Assembly (NCBI GenBank): GCA_001799995.1
Contig: MGUK01000085.1
Coordinates: 21 to 64,020, forward strand
Direction: 5' to 3'
Length of the DNA stretch: 64,000 nt
From: Elusimicrobia bacterium GWF2_62_30
GTDB lineage: Bacteria; Elusimicrobiota; Elusimicrobia; Elusimicrobiales; UBA9959
Shown here: positions 8,068 through 17,972 of the stretch, one piece after another
How positions within the stretch are numbered: position 1 is the first letter of the stretch
Layout of the letters: every line of letters begins with the position of its first letter
The notes under the pieces: generated by a model
What the model saw: the letters and a program-made list of their open reading frames with translations, nothing else
What the model was told of the DNA's origin: nothing
Database searches by the model: none
Translations under genes and position numbers: made by a program

Positions 8068-10098
8068 TTAACGATTAGGGGCGGGGGCGAGGCGGGGGTT
8101 GAGGCGGATGGCGAGGGCGTAATGGGCGGCGGCGCCGGCTTTGTCGCCGGAGGCGGCCAGGAGCTGGGCCAGGTTGAAGTGGGCCTCGGCGAACTGCGGG
8201 TTCAGCTCCAGCGCGGCCAGGTAATGCCGCGCCGCCTCGTCCCTGTTGCCGCCGCTGGCCAGCGCCAGCGCCATGTTGTAGTGGGCTTTAGTGTTGCGCG
8301 GGTCCAGCTTCAGCGCTATTGAACAGTGGGCTATCCCATCCTCAAGCCGGCCCTGCGCCGCCAGCATGGCGCAAAGGTTGGTGTGGGCGTCGGCGTATTG
8401 CGGGTCTATGCGGACGGCCTCCGTGAAGTGGCCCGCGGCCCTGGCAAGCTCGCCCAGCGCGGCCAGCAGGGTGCCGGCGTTGTAATGCGCGCCCGCGAAC
8501 CCGGGATCGCCCTTGATAGCCTGCTCGTAGTAGAACAGGGCCGGGCCGGTCTTGCCCTGCTTTTCAAACAGCAGCCCCAGATTGTAACCGGCCCGCGCGA
8601 ACCGCGGGTCCAGGCGGAGGGCCTCGGCGTAATGCTCCGCGGCCTCGGGATTGAGCCCTTTTTCCTCGTAGTATTTGCCCAGGTTGTAATGCGCGCCCGG
8701 GTAAGCGGGATTCAGGCGCAGCGCTTCCTCGAAGTGGCCGAAGGCTTCCTGCGCGCGGCCCAGGGCCAGCAATTCCGTCCCGAGATTATTGTGGGCCAGG
8801 TCTATCCCCGGGTCCAGCGCCAGGACGCGGTTCCAGAGCGTTTCCGAATCGCGCCAGACCTTTATCTGCGCGTTCGTGCTCCAGGCCAGCGCCAGCAGCA
8901 CCGCGCAGGCGGCTGCGGAGCTTAGCCCGCGGTATTTCCCTTCAGCGGCCCGCCAGGCCGCCAGGAACCCCGCCCCGGCAAGCAGCGCGAAGGACAGGCA
9001 GGAAAGATAAGTGTAGCGGTCGGCCGCCGCCTGCGCGCCGAACTTTACTATACCCATGACCGGCGCCAGCGTGACCAGGTAGAAGGCCCACGCCGCGGCC
9101 CCGGCGGGCCAGCGCCCGCGCAGGAAGAACAGCGCCGCGGTCACGATTATGAAGGAAAGGCCGCCGAAAAGATAGACCGGCAGGGCGCCCCCTGAAAGTT
9201 GGTAGAGCGGGGACAGGTTCAGCGGCAGCGCCGTTTTAGCGGCGTAGAGCATGGTGGAGTACAGCGAATGCAACGCCCGGTCGCCCAGGCCGAACTCGCC
9301 GAACGAGCGCAGCGCCGAGCCCTGCGCGGCGTAGCCCGCCGCGGCGAAAAGCGCGCCCAGGACCAGGTAGGGCAACTTCTCGCGCCAGACCGGCCTTGCC
9401 TGGGGTGAGAACCAAAGCTTCGGCTGCGGCGGGAGCCTGCGCAGCGGGTACAGGTCCAGCAGCAGCAGCGCGGCCGGGAGCGTTACCGTAATGCCCTTGG
9501 AGAGCAGCGCCAGGACAAAAGCCGCCAGCGACAGGCCCAGGCTTGCGGGCCGGGTCTGCCCCGCGGCGGCAGCGCGGGCGCGGACGTACCAATATATGGA
9601 AAGGAGATAGAAAAGTCCCGAGAGCACATCGCGTCTTTCCGTAACCCAGGCCACGGATTCCACGCGCAGCGGGTGGAGGGAGAAGAAGAGCGCGGCGAAA
9701 GCGGCAGAGAACAGCAGCCCGCGGCCGGCCTCTTTTTCCGGCCGCGCCGCCCGCAGGAGCTCCGCGCAGAGCAGGAAAAAAACGGAGGCGCCGGCGGCGT
9801 GCAGCAGGATATTGGTCAGGTGGTAGCCGTGCGGGTTCATCCCCCACAGGGCATGGTCCAGCGCGTAGGTGAGCCAGCTCAGCGGCTGGTACAGCCCCAT
9901 GTGGAAAGTGGTGAACATCCACTTCAGGTTCTGCCAGCCGAAGCCGCGGTAATGCCTGTTGTCGAGCAGGGCGCCGAGGTCGTCCCAGTTGACGAAGCCG
10001 TTCTTGATGGCCGGGGCGAAAACGACGAACGTGGCGGCGGCCACGCCCAGGGCCAGGGCCGCGCGCAGGTTTTTTTTATCCGCGAACATTTCCTTCAT
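8068..10098 (-). CDS. Polytopic membrane protein with C-terminal TPR repeats (TMTC / GT39-like architecture)
   Basis: The N-terminal 400 aa or so contain many hydrophobic segments. The C-terminal half holds serial 34-aa TPR units (AHYNLG..YEEKG, AGYNLGLLFEKQG, AHFNLAQLLAASG). Confidence 0.7.
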   Translation of the reverse strand: MKEMFADKKNLRAALALGVAAATFVVFAPAIKNGFVNWDDLGALLDNRHYRGFGWQNLKWMFTTFHMGLYQPLSWLTYALDHALWGMNPHGYHLTNILLHAAGASVFFLLCAELLRAARPEKEAGRGLLFSAAFAALFFSLHPLRVESVAWVTERRDVLSGLFYLLSIYWYVRARAAAAGQTRPASLGLSLAAFVLALLSKGITVTLPAALLLLDLYPLRRLPPQPKLWFSPQARPVWREKLPYLVLGALFAAAGYAAQGSALRSFGEFGLGDRALHSLYSTMLYAAKTALPLNLSPLYQLSGGALPVYLFGGLSFIIVTAALFFLRGRWPAGAAAWAFYLVTLAPVMGIVKFGAQAAADRYTYLSCLSFALLAGAGFLAAWRAAEGKYRGLSSAAACAVLLALAWSTNAQIKVWRDSETLWNRVLALDPGIDLAHNNLGTELLALGRAQEAFGHFEEALRLNPAYPGAHYNLGKYYEEKGLNPEAAEHYAEALRLDPRFARAGYNLGLLFEKQGKTGPALFYYEQAIKGDPGFAGAHYNAGTLLAALGELARAAGHFTEAVRIDPQYADAHTNLCAMLAAQGRLEDGIAHCSIALKLDPRNTKAHYNMALALASGGNRDEAARHYLAALELNPQFAEAHFNLAQLLAASGDKAGAAAHYALAIRLNPRLAPAPNR

Positions 10099-10112
10099 AG
10101 CTCTCCGCCGCT

Positions 10113-11249
10113 TTACTCCTTGGGCAGGTAGGCCTCCCTGAACGCCTTTTTCGCCTGGCGAACGGTGCCGGAGGCGACGGCCTGCCTGATGGCCTTGGTC
10201 TGGTTTATAAGGAAGCGGATATTGTGGATGGAAATAAGCTGGCTTACCAGCAGCTCTTTGGCCTTGTAGAGATGCGAGAGGTAGCCGCGCGAGTAGTTGC
10301 GGCAGCAGATGCAGTCGCAGAGCGGGTCGAGGGGGGAGTCGTCGTTCTTGAACGGCGCGTTCTTGATGTAGAGCTTGCCGCCTGAGGTCAGGGCCTGGCC
10401 GTTGCGCGCGTTGCGCGTGGGCAGCACGCAGTCGAACATGTCCACGCCCAGCTCGGCGGCGTCCCAGATATCCTCGGGCGAGCCCAGGCCCATGAAATAC
10501 CTCGGCTTGTCCTTGGGCAGGTGTTCCACGGCCGCGGCCAGCGCCTCTATCATCTGCGCCTTGCTCTCGCCCACGGAAAGGCCGCCTATGGCGAAGCCGT
10601 CGGGGTTCAGGTCGGTCATGTGCTTGGCCGCCTCGGCGCGGAGGTCGTTGTAGATGGAGCCCTGGACTATGCCGAACAGCTGGGGCCGCTTGGCGGGGTC
10701 CATGTGGCGGGTCTTCTCGGTGAAATGAGTTTTCGCCCGCCGCGCCCAGTTCATGGTTTTCTTAAGGGCGTCCTCGGCGTCGCGCCGGGGGGCGGGGTTC
10801 TTTACGCAGACGTCGAGGCAGGTCCAGATGGACGAGCCGATGGCGGCCTGGTAATCTATTACTTTTTCCGGCGTGAAGAAATGCGGGCTGCCGTCGATAT
10901 GCGAGGCGAAATGCACGCCCGTGTCGGTGATCTTGCGCAGGCGGCTCAGGCTGTAGACCTGGAAGCCGCCGGAATCGGTCAGGATAGGGCCGGGGTGGTT
11001 CATGAAACCGTTAAGCCCGCCGAAGCGCTCGAGCGTGTCGAGGCCTGGGCGCAGGTAGAGGTGGTAGGTGTTGGACAGCATGCATTCCACGCCCAGCTCG
11101 GACAGGTCCCGCTGCGACACCGCCTTCACGGTGCCCTGGGTGGCCACCGGCATGAAGACGGGGGTGTGCACCAGCCCGCGCGGGGTTTTAACGACCGCCG
11201 CCCGCGCCGCGGTCTCGGTGTCGGCTTTCAGTATCTCAAAATGATCCAT
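10113..11249 (-). CDS. tgt: Queuine tRNA-ribosyltransferase (tRNA-guanine transglycosylase)
   Basis: LTDSGGFQV, the GLSVGE motif and the zinc site CDCICC...H. Confidence 0.9.
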   Translation of the reverse strand: MDHFEILKADTETAARAAVVKTPRGLVHTPVFMPVATQGTVKAVSQRDLSELGVECMLSNTYHLYLRPGLDTLERFGGLNGFMNHPGPILTDSGGFQVYSLSRLRKITDTGVHFASHIDGSPHFFTPEKVIDYQAAIGSSIWTCLDVCVKNPAPRRDAEDALKKTMNWARRAKTHFTEKTRHMDPAKRPQLFGIVQGSIYNDLRAEAAKHMTDLNPDGFAIGGLSVGESKAQMIEALAAAVEHLPKDKPRYFMGLGSPEDIWDAAELGVDMFDCVLPTRNARNGQALTSGGKLYIKNAPFKNDDSPLDPLCDCICCRNYSRGYLSHLYKAKELLVSQLISIHNIRFLINQTKAIRQAVASGTVRQAKKAFREAYLPKE

Positions 11250-11258
11250 AGTGTTTCC

Positions 11259-12305
11259 TCATATTATAAGCATCGAATCGCCGTACGAGTAGAACCTGTA
11301 GCGTTCGCTCACGGCGCGCTGGTAGGCCTTGAAAAGGAGTTCGCGCCCGGCGAAGGCGGCCGTCATATAGAGCGGCGCCGAATCGGGCACGTGCAGGTTG
11401 GTGATAAAGGCGCCGGCGGCGCGGAACTTGTAGCCGGGGCGGATGAACAGGCCGGCCCGGCCGCGCCCGGGGCGCAGGGTCCCGTCTTCGCCGGAGAAAG
11501 TCTCCAGCGTGCGCATGGAAGAGGTGCCGACCGCTATTACCCTCCCGCCGGCGGCGCGGTGGGCGTTTATGGCTTCGGCGGCCGCGGCGGTCACTTCGCA
11601 TTCCTCTTCCATCATGACGTGGGCGGCGGGGTCCTGCGCGCGGACCATGCGGAAGGTGCCCCACCCGATGTGCAGCGTGACGAAGGCCGTCTTAACTCCC
11701 GCCGCCTTCAGGCCGGAAAAAAGCTCCGGCGTAAAATGGAAGCCGGCCGTGGGGGCGGCGATGGAGCCGGGCTCCTCGGCGTAAACCGTCTGGTATTTAT
11801 CTTCGTCCGGCGGCGCGCCGGCATTGCGGCGCTGCCTGGCTTTCAGGATGTACTGCGGCAGCGGCACCGCCCCGTGGGCCGCCAGGTAAGCCTCGTCGAG
11901 GGGCGCGGAAAAACTGAAGTTGTAGCTGCCGTCCGGGTTGAGCCCGAGGCAGCGGGCCTGCACCCCGCCGGGGCAGTTCAGCGCCTGGTCCGGGCGCACC
12001 TTGCGGCAGAGGGCCGTCCAGGAGGTCCGGTCGGGGCCGAGCGGGGCCATCAGGAGTATTTCGCAGCGGCCGCCGGTGAGCTTGGCGGCTTCAAGGCGCG
12101 CCTTCCACACCCGGCTGCGGTTGAGGACCAGCAGATCGCGGGAAGTAAGCAGGGCGGCGAGGTCCGAGAACCTGCGGCTGGCCAGGGCGCCGTCCGCGCG
12201 GTTGACCACCAGCAGGCGCGAAGAATCCCTGGGCTCGGCCGGCCTGTCCGCTATGAGCGGCTCTATTTCCAGCGCGGAAAATTCGCTTAAGGCTTCTTCG
12301 TTCAT
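11259..12305 (-). CDS. queA: S-adenosylmethionine:tRNA ribosyltransferase-isomerase
   Basis: Homology begins at MNEEALSEF..., with the ATG at 12305-12303. TLHIGWGTF and VIAVGTSSMRTLE are QueA-like. The 126-aa N-terminal extension in the track ORF is Arg/Pro-rich junk that overlaps the upstream gene. Confidence 0.85.
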   Translation of the reverse strand: MNEEALSEFSALEIEPLIADRPAEPRDSSRLLVVNRADGALASRRFSDLAALLTSRDLLVLNRSRVWKARLEAAKLTGGRCEILLMAPLGPDRTSWTALCRKVRPDQALNCPGGVQARCLGLNPDGSYNFSFSAPLDEAYLAAHGAVPLPQYILKARQRRNAGAPPDEDKYQTVYAEEPGSIAAPTAGFHFTPELFSGLKAAGVKTAFVTLHIGWGTFRMVRAQDPAAHVMMEEECEVTAAAAEAINAHRAAGGRVIAVGTSSMRTLETFSGEDGTLRPGRGRAGLFIRPGYKFRAAGAFITNLHVPDSAPLYMTAAFAGRELLFKAYQRAVSERYRFYSYGDSMLII

Positions 12306-13444
12306 TAAAGGTCCTCTATGGAGGCGCCGGGGTAATAGTAGCGGAGTATCTTGCGGTAGCCCCTGCCTTTGTTCGCCATGGTCTTGGCGCCTTCCTGGCA
12401 CATGCCCACGCCGTGGCCCCAGCCGCGGCCGCGGAACTCGTAGCCGCCGTTCACCGGGGTAACGCGGGTTATAAAAGTGCTCCTGAATTCGTAGGAGCCG
12501 AAATGGGCCCTCATTTCCTTGGTCAAAGCGGTTTCGCTGCCCCTGTCGGTGGAGATCTTGTAGGAAAGGGTCCGGCCGGAACGGTCCTTTTTTAGCGGCT
12601 TGAGCCCGGTGACCTTCAGCGCCATCGAGCCCCGCTTCTGTATGAACGCAAGCAGGTCTTTGGCGGGAACGAAATAGTCCCACTTGGAATGGCGCGAGGC
12701 GGAACAGAAGGGGTCGGCGACGCCGTAAAGCGGCTTGATCACCTCTTCGCCCCAGGCCGAGTTCACGCTGGCCGTGTGGCCCCCGCAGCAGGAATGGAAG
12801 AAGGCGGTTACCAGCTTGCGTTTGTACCTGAGGACTTCGCCGCGGGTGGAGTCGACCGCCTCTTTAATGCGCGAATTTATGCCGGAGTAGCCCTTGTACA
12901 CCTGCATCTCCACGCCGTCGGTGATATCGTAATCGGCGGAGGGTTTGAGCTGCTTCAGCGCGTAAGTGCGCGAAGCCACCGCCTGCGCCTTCAGCGCTTC
13001 CAGCGGCCAGTCCGGGCTCATCTCGGCGGGGAGGACGCCGCAGAGGTAATCCTCGATCGAAAGGGCCTCTATAATGTCTATGCGGTCGTCGCCGGAGGCC
13101 CTGATGATTATGTCGCCTTTATAAAGCCGTCCGCCAAGACGGATGCGCTCTCCGCCGTCGGCGGCGAGCAGCTTTACCGGGGAGGACAGCTGCTGTCCCG
13201 CTACCATGATAGAGTTGCCGGACGAGCGCACCTCGTAGTCGGAGTCGCCGAGGAGCTGGTACTTGTCGCCCGTCTTGACCTCCAGGATATACAGCTTGGC
13301 CGAGGTCCTGATCTTGAGCGAGGCGGAGCCCCGGGTTATAGCCACCCTGATGCGCTGCTGCTCCGCCGCCAGCGCCTGAGCCGGGAAAAGCGGCGACGCC
13401 GGGACGCGAAGAAGAAGCAGCGGCAGCAGTAGTCGTATCATCAA
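12305..13444 (-). CDS. SpoIID/LytB domain protein (peptidoglycan lytic-enzyme family)
   Basis: Signal peptide and the FHSCCGGHT signature of the SpoIID domain. Confidence 0.8.
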   Translation of the reverse strand: MMIRLLLPLLLLRVPASPLFPAQALAAEQQRIRVAITRGSASLKIRTSAKLYILEVKTGDKYQLLGDSDYEVRSSGNSIMVAGQQLSSPVKLLAADGGERIRLGGRLYKGDIIIRASGDDRIDIIEALSIEDYLCGVLPAEMSPDWPLEALKAQAVASRTYALKQLKPSADYDITDGVEMQVYKGYSGINSRIKEAVDSTRGEVLRYKRKLVTAFFHSCCGGHTASVNSAWGEEVIKPLYGVADPFCSASRHSKWDYFVPAKDLLAFIQKRGSMALKVTGLKPLKKDRSGRTLSYKISTDRGSETALTKEMRAHFGSYEFRSTFITRVTPVNGGYEFRGRGWGHGVGMCQEGAKTMANKGRGYRKILRYYYPGASIEDL

Positions 13445-13474
13445 TGAAAACTATCCTAAACTGCAGGATTCAGG

Positions 13475-14500
<1,026 letters not shown>

Positions 14501-14504
14501 GTCT

Positions 14505-15113
14505 TTATTTGGAGGAAAGGCGGCGCAGCGCCAGCCTGATTATCACTTCGGCGCCGGCCAGCGGACCGGCTTGCGCGGAGGCTTCCTCGAGGGCGGTCCG
14601 GGCTTCCGCCGCGCGGAAGCCCAGCGCGGTCAGCGCGCTCATGGCCTGCGTGTAAGCGGCCGTCGAAGTCCCGGCGGCCGCCGCGGGCCCGTACTGCCCG
14701 GCGGGGAGCTTGTCCTTCAGCGCGGAGATGAGCTTGTCGGCCGTTTTGGCCGTGAAACCGAAAATGGCGGTGAGCTTTTTCGGGTCCCTGTCGGCCACGG
14801 CCTGCGCGAAGTCCGCCATGGAGCGGACCGCTTTGCCGAGGTAGTCCAGGGCTTTCTTGGCGCCGGTGTTGGGCACGGCGTCGCGCAGCAGGTCGAAGAG
14901 CTTTTTCTCGTCGGGAGAGCGGAAGCCGTACAGCGCGGTGCCGCCGTACATGCTTATGGATTCGGCCAGAAATACTTCCACGATGGCGCCCTCCGGGCCG
15001 AGCGCCTCCAGCGAAGGCGCGCAGAAAAAAACTTCGTAGCCAAGGCCGCCGGTCTCGATAATGGCGCTCTCTTCGCCCTTGGAGACTATGCTGCCGCGCA
15101 GGTAGGCTAGCAT
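14505..15113 (-). CDS. ruvA: Holliday junction DNA helicase RuvA
   Basis: [10 protein letters not shown]...GGLGYEV N-terminus. Size and position between ruvC and ruvB fit RuvA. Confidence 0.9.
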   Translation of the reverse strand: MLAYLRGSIVSKGEESAIIETGGLGYEVFFCAPSLEALGPEGAIVEVFLAESISMYGGTALYGFRSPDEKKLFDLLRDAVPNTGAKKALDYLGKAVRSMADFAQAVADRDPKKLTAIFGFTAKTADKLISALKDKLPAGQYGPAAAAGTSTAAYTQAMSALTALGFRAAEARTALEEASAQAGPLAGAEVIIRLALRRLSSK

Positions 15114-15625
15114 GCGGCCCTCTGCCTGGCTTTGGCGATGGCTTTGGCCACCGGGGCCAGGCGCAGGTGGCAGAGCGCGGCGGCCATGGCGTCGGCCACG
15201 TCGTCCGGCTCCGGGACGGAGGCCAGTTTAAGGGTAAGCTGGACCATGCGCTGCATCTGTTTCTTCTCGGCGCTGCCGCTGCCGGAAATGGTCTTCTTTA
15301 TGGTGCGGGGATTATAGGGATAGATGGGCAGCCCGGCTTTTTCGCAGGCCAGCAGGATAACGCCGCGCGCGTGTGTGGTGTTAGCCTGCGTATCCGCTCT
15401 TTTGGAAAAGAAAACCTCTTCGATGGCGGCTTCGTCGGGGGCGTGGCGGGCTATGTGCCCGGCCAGCTCGTCGAAGATGGCGGCGAGACGTTTCTCGAGC
15501 GCCAGCTTCGAGGACGTGTGGATAAGGCCGGAAGCGGCAAGGACCGGGGCGGCGGCGCCGTTCTTTTCGAGGACGGCCCAGCCGGTCCTGTCCAGTCCGG
15601 GGTCGATGCCGAGTATCCTCATCAA
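15107..15625 (-). CDS. ruvC: Crossover junction endodeoxyribonuclease RuvC
   Basis: MRILGIDPGL catalytic Asp motif. 172 aa. Overlaps ruvA by 7 nt. Confidence 0.9.
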   Translation of the reverse strand: MMRILGIDPGLDRTGWAVLEKNGAAAPVLAASGLIHTSSKLALEKRLAAIFDELAGHIARHAPDEAAIEEVFFSKRADTQANTTHARGVILLACEKAGLPIYPYNPRTIKKTISGSGSAEKKQMQRMVQLTLKLASVPEPDDVADAMAAALCHLRLAPVAKAIAKARQRAAC

Positions 15626-15628
15626 TAA

Positions 15629-16384
15629 TTACTTTTCCAGTTTCATCAGCACCGCGTCGGGGATGTTGAAGTTGGAGTAGACCTTCTGCACGTCGTCGTG
15701 GTCTTCCAGGGCGTCCACCAGCCTCAGCACCTGCTCGGCCTTGTCTTCGCCGATATTAACTTCGTTCTTCGGAAGCATGGTGACTTCCGCGGAAACAAGG
15801 GGGACCTTCTTTTCCTCGAGCTTGGCCTTCACGGAGTCGAATTCCTGCGGGGAGGTGATGATCTCGTACTCGTCGAAATCGGCGGGGGAGCGGAAATCGT
15901 CCGCGCCTATCTCCAGCGCCAGGTTCATCAGCTCTTCTTCCTTGGCGTCGGCCTTCTTCACGGCGATATAGCCCTTCTGCTCGAACATCCAGCCGACGCA
16001 GCCGGTGGAACCCATGTTGCCGCCGTGGGTGTCGAGGATCTTGCGGATCTCGCTGGCGGCGCGGTTCTTGCTGTCGGTGGTGATATTGATGATGATGGCG
16101 ATGCCGCCGGGGCCGTAGCCTTCGTACACGATCTCTTCGTAGACCACGCCGGGTTCCTGGCCCGTGCCGCGCCTTACGGCGCGCTTCACGTTCTCAAGGG
16201 GCATGTTGCTGGCTTTCGCGTCCTCTATTACTTTACGCAGGCGGGGGTTCTCTTCGGGCTTGCCGCCGCCCATCTTCGCGGCGATGGTTATTTCCTTGAT
16301 GATCTTGGTCCAGACCTTGCCTTTCTTCGCGTCGGTCAACGCTTTTTTGTGTTTAATTCCGGCCCAGTGTGAATGTCCACCCAT
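15629..16384 (-). CDS. yebC: YebC/PmpR family DNA-binding transcriptional regulator
   Basis: MGGHSHWAGIKHKKA N-terminus and 251 aa, in the classic position upstream of ruvC. Confidence 0.9.
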   Translation of the reverse strand: MGGHSHWAGIKHKKALTDAKKGKVWTKIIKEITIAAKMGGGKPEENPRLRKVIEDAKASNMPLENVKRAVRRGTGQEPGVVYEEIVYEGYGPGGIAIIINITTDSKNRAASEIRKILDTHGGNMGSTGCVGWMFEQKGYIAVKKADAKEEELMNLALEIGADDFRSPADFDEYEIITSPQEFDSVKAKLEEKKVPLVSAEVTMLPKNEVNIGEDKAEQVLRLVDALEDHDDVQKVYSNFNIPDAVLMKLEK

Positions 16385-16516
16385 GATCAGACTCCTTGAA
16401 AATCGCCTTCAATCTTTTTAAAAAATCCGCCGGCAGTATTTGCCCGACGAAATAAATTCTATAATAATATAGGCGGTTTAACAACCGTAAGCCCGCGCGA
16501 TGCGGGCGCGCAGCCG

Positions 16517-16590
16517 GCCCCCTTAGCTCAACTGGATAGAGCGTCCGCCTTCGAAGCGGCAGGTTGGTGGTTCGAGTCCGCCAGGGGGCA
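16517..16590 (+). tRNA. tRNA-Arg (anticodon TCG), CCA not encoded
   Basis: Hand-folded cloverleaf. Acceptor GCCCCCT/AGGGGGC plus discriminator A. D arm GCTC-AACTGGATA-GAGC. Anticodon arm TCCGC-CTTCGAA-GCGGC. Variable loop AGGTT. T arm GGTGG-TTCGAGT-CCGCC. Confidence 0.85.
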
Positions 16591-16783
16591 CTCAATTCGG
16601 GGCGGTCCAAAATATTGGACCGCAGACTATGGATGGACAGTGCTTCCCGTCTCGCGTGCCGCATAGCGGCACCCCGCCAGGGGGCACTCAATTCGGGGCG
16701 GTCCAAAATATTGGACCGCAGACTATGGATGGACAACGCCTCTCGTCTCGCGTGCCGCATAGCGGCACCCCGCCAGGGGGCAC
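16578..16783 (+). repeat. Two 96-bp tandem units, each ending in a copy of the tRNA-Arg 3' end
   Basis: ccgccagggggcac occurs at 16578, 16674 and 16770, a period of exactly 96. Units 16591-16686 and 16687-16782 differ by only 4 transitions, all within one 8-nt patch. Confidence 0.95.
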
Positions 16784-16859
16784 GAGTTTTTTGGCGGTCG
16801 TTTCCGTAATCTTTTTGTAACTTAATCGCAATCATGCCGCAAAGGATATTATCTAAACT

Positions 16860-17972
16860 ATGTCGATGAAGCGCGCCGCATTGTCTTTGCTTTTCCTGTT
16901 CGCCTCAGCGGCGTACGGCGCGCCGGCGGAGGCGCAGCCCGCCGAGAGGCAGTCGCTGCGGGAGGTGGGGAAAAAGGCGCTGGAGACCGTAGCCCTGCAC
17001 GTAAAGGACAGGGATTCGGAAGTGCGCGCGAAGGCCGCCGAAGTGCTGGGGCAGGCCGGCAACAAAGCGGCGGCCGGGATCCTGGAGGCTATGCTGCAGG
17101 ACAGGGATAAATATGTCCGGATAGCGGCGGCCCGCGCGCTCTGGGAACTTGGGATCTCTACCGGGCTTAAGACGGTTTACGCTATAATCAACGATGTCCC
17201 GGCGCGGGGGACCGTAGTCAACTCTCCGCTGGTGGAGCTTAAGATGATCTCGCAGAACAAGATAAGGGAGAACGCCCTGGAGGCCCTGGTCTATATGCGC
17301 AGGGAAAAGGCGACGGACGTCCTGTACAAGCTCAAGAACGACGACTACGGCGCGATACGCGACGCCGCGGCCAGGGAGCTGGCGGGGCTGGGCGGCAGCG
17401 AGGAGCTGGAGCAGTTCACCGGCGCTCTTTCTTCGGAAGACGAAGCCGTGCGCTACCAGAGCGCCACCGCGCTCGCCAAGATCTGCGCGGCCGGCGCGGT
17501 GCGCAGCCTGACGGAACTGCTCGGCGCCGAGAAAGCGGTCAGGGTGCGCGTAGCCGCCCTGGAGGCGATAGGCTGCAGCGCGGAAAAAAAGAACTCTTTG
17601 GCGGAACTGATGAAACTTTCGGAGGACGCCAATCCCACGATAAAATTTAAGGCGGTTGCGGCGCTGGGCGGCATAAAGGATGAAAAGGTCAAGGCCAGGT
17701 TCGAGGCGATCTCCGCGGAGACCACCGACATCCGCCTGAAGCTGGCGGCCCAGAAGGGGCTGATCCTGTCCGGCGGCAAGGGGGACGTCCGCGCGGCCCA
17801 GAGCGGGCTCGACGCCATAAGCCCGGAGGTGCGCCTCGAGGCCCTGGACCTGCTCGCGCATTTTTCTCTCGAGGAGTCACGGGGCCCGCTGGCGAAAGCG
17901 CTCGAGGACGAGAATCCCAAGGTTAAATTGACCGCAGCATTGCAGATCATCAAAAGGTTTTCGCTAAAATGA
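16860..17972 (+). CDS. Secreted HEAT-repeat protein
   Basis: Signal peptide MSMKRAALSLLFLFASAAYGAPAEA. Repeated D.D..VR..AA.ALG units are characteristic of HEAT/PBS-lyase repeats. Confidence 0.75.
   Translation: MSMKRAALSLLFLFASAAYGAPAEAQPAERQSLREVGKKALETVALHVKDRDSEVRAKAAEVLGQAGNKAAAGILEAMLQDRDKYVRIAAARALWELGISTGLKTVYAIINDVPARGTVVNSPLVELKMISQNKIRENALEALVYMRREKATDVLYKLKNDDYGAIRDAAARELAGLGGSEELEQFTGALSSEDEAVRYQSATALAKICAAGAVRSLTELLGAEKAVRVRVAALEAIGCSAEKKNSLAELMKLSEDANPTIKFKAVAALGGIKDEKVKARFEAISAETTDIRLKLAAQKGLILSGGKGDVRAAQSGLDAISPEVRLEALDLLAHFSLEESRGPLAKALEDENPKVKLTAALQIIKRFSLK

Noticed and set aside
10521-12290. 589-aa plus-strand ORF
   Set aside because: It lies antisense to tgt and queA.
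16440-16465. Sigma70 promoter for tRNA-Arg (TTGCCC ... TATAAT)
   Set aside because: The spacer is only 14 nt, and alternative hexamers are poor. The AT-rich region probably holds the promoter, but I cannot place it.
16578-16783. Possible CRISPR array (also considered for the ACP repeats at 51594-52400)
   Set aside because: The units are contiguous with no unique spacers, and periods of 96 and 276 nt are not CRISPR-like. There are no cas genes. One array lies inside a coding ACP region.
16353-16835. 160-aa minus-strand ORF containing a duplicated peptide (APWRGAAMRHARREALSIHSLRSNILDRPELS twice)
   Set aside because: It runs across the tRNA-Arg gene and the 96-bp tandem units. The peptide repeat is simply the DNA repeat read in an open GC-rich frame.
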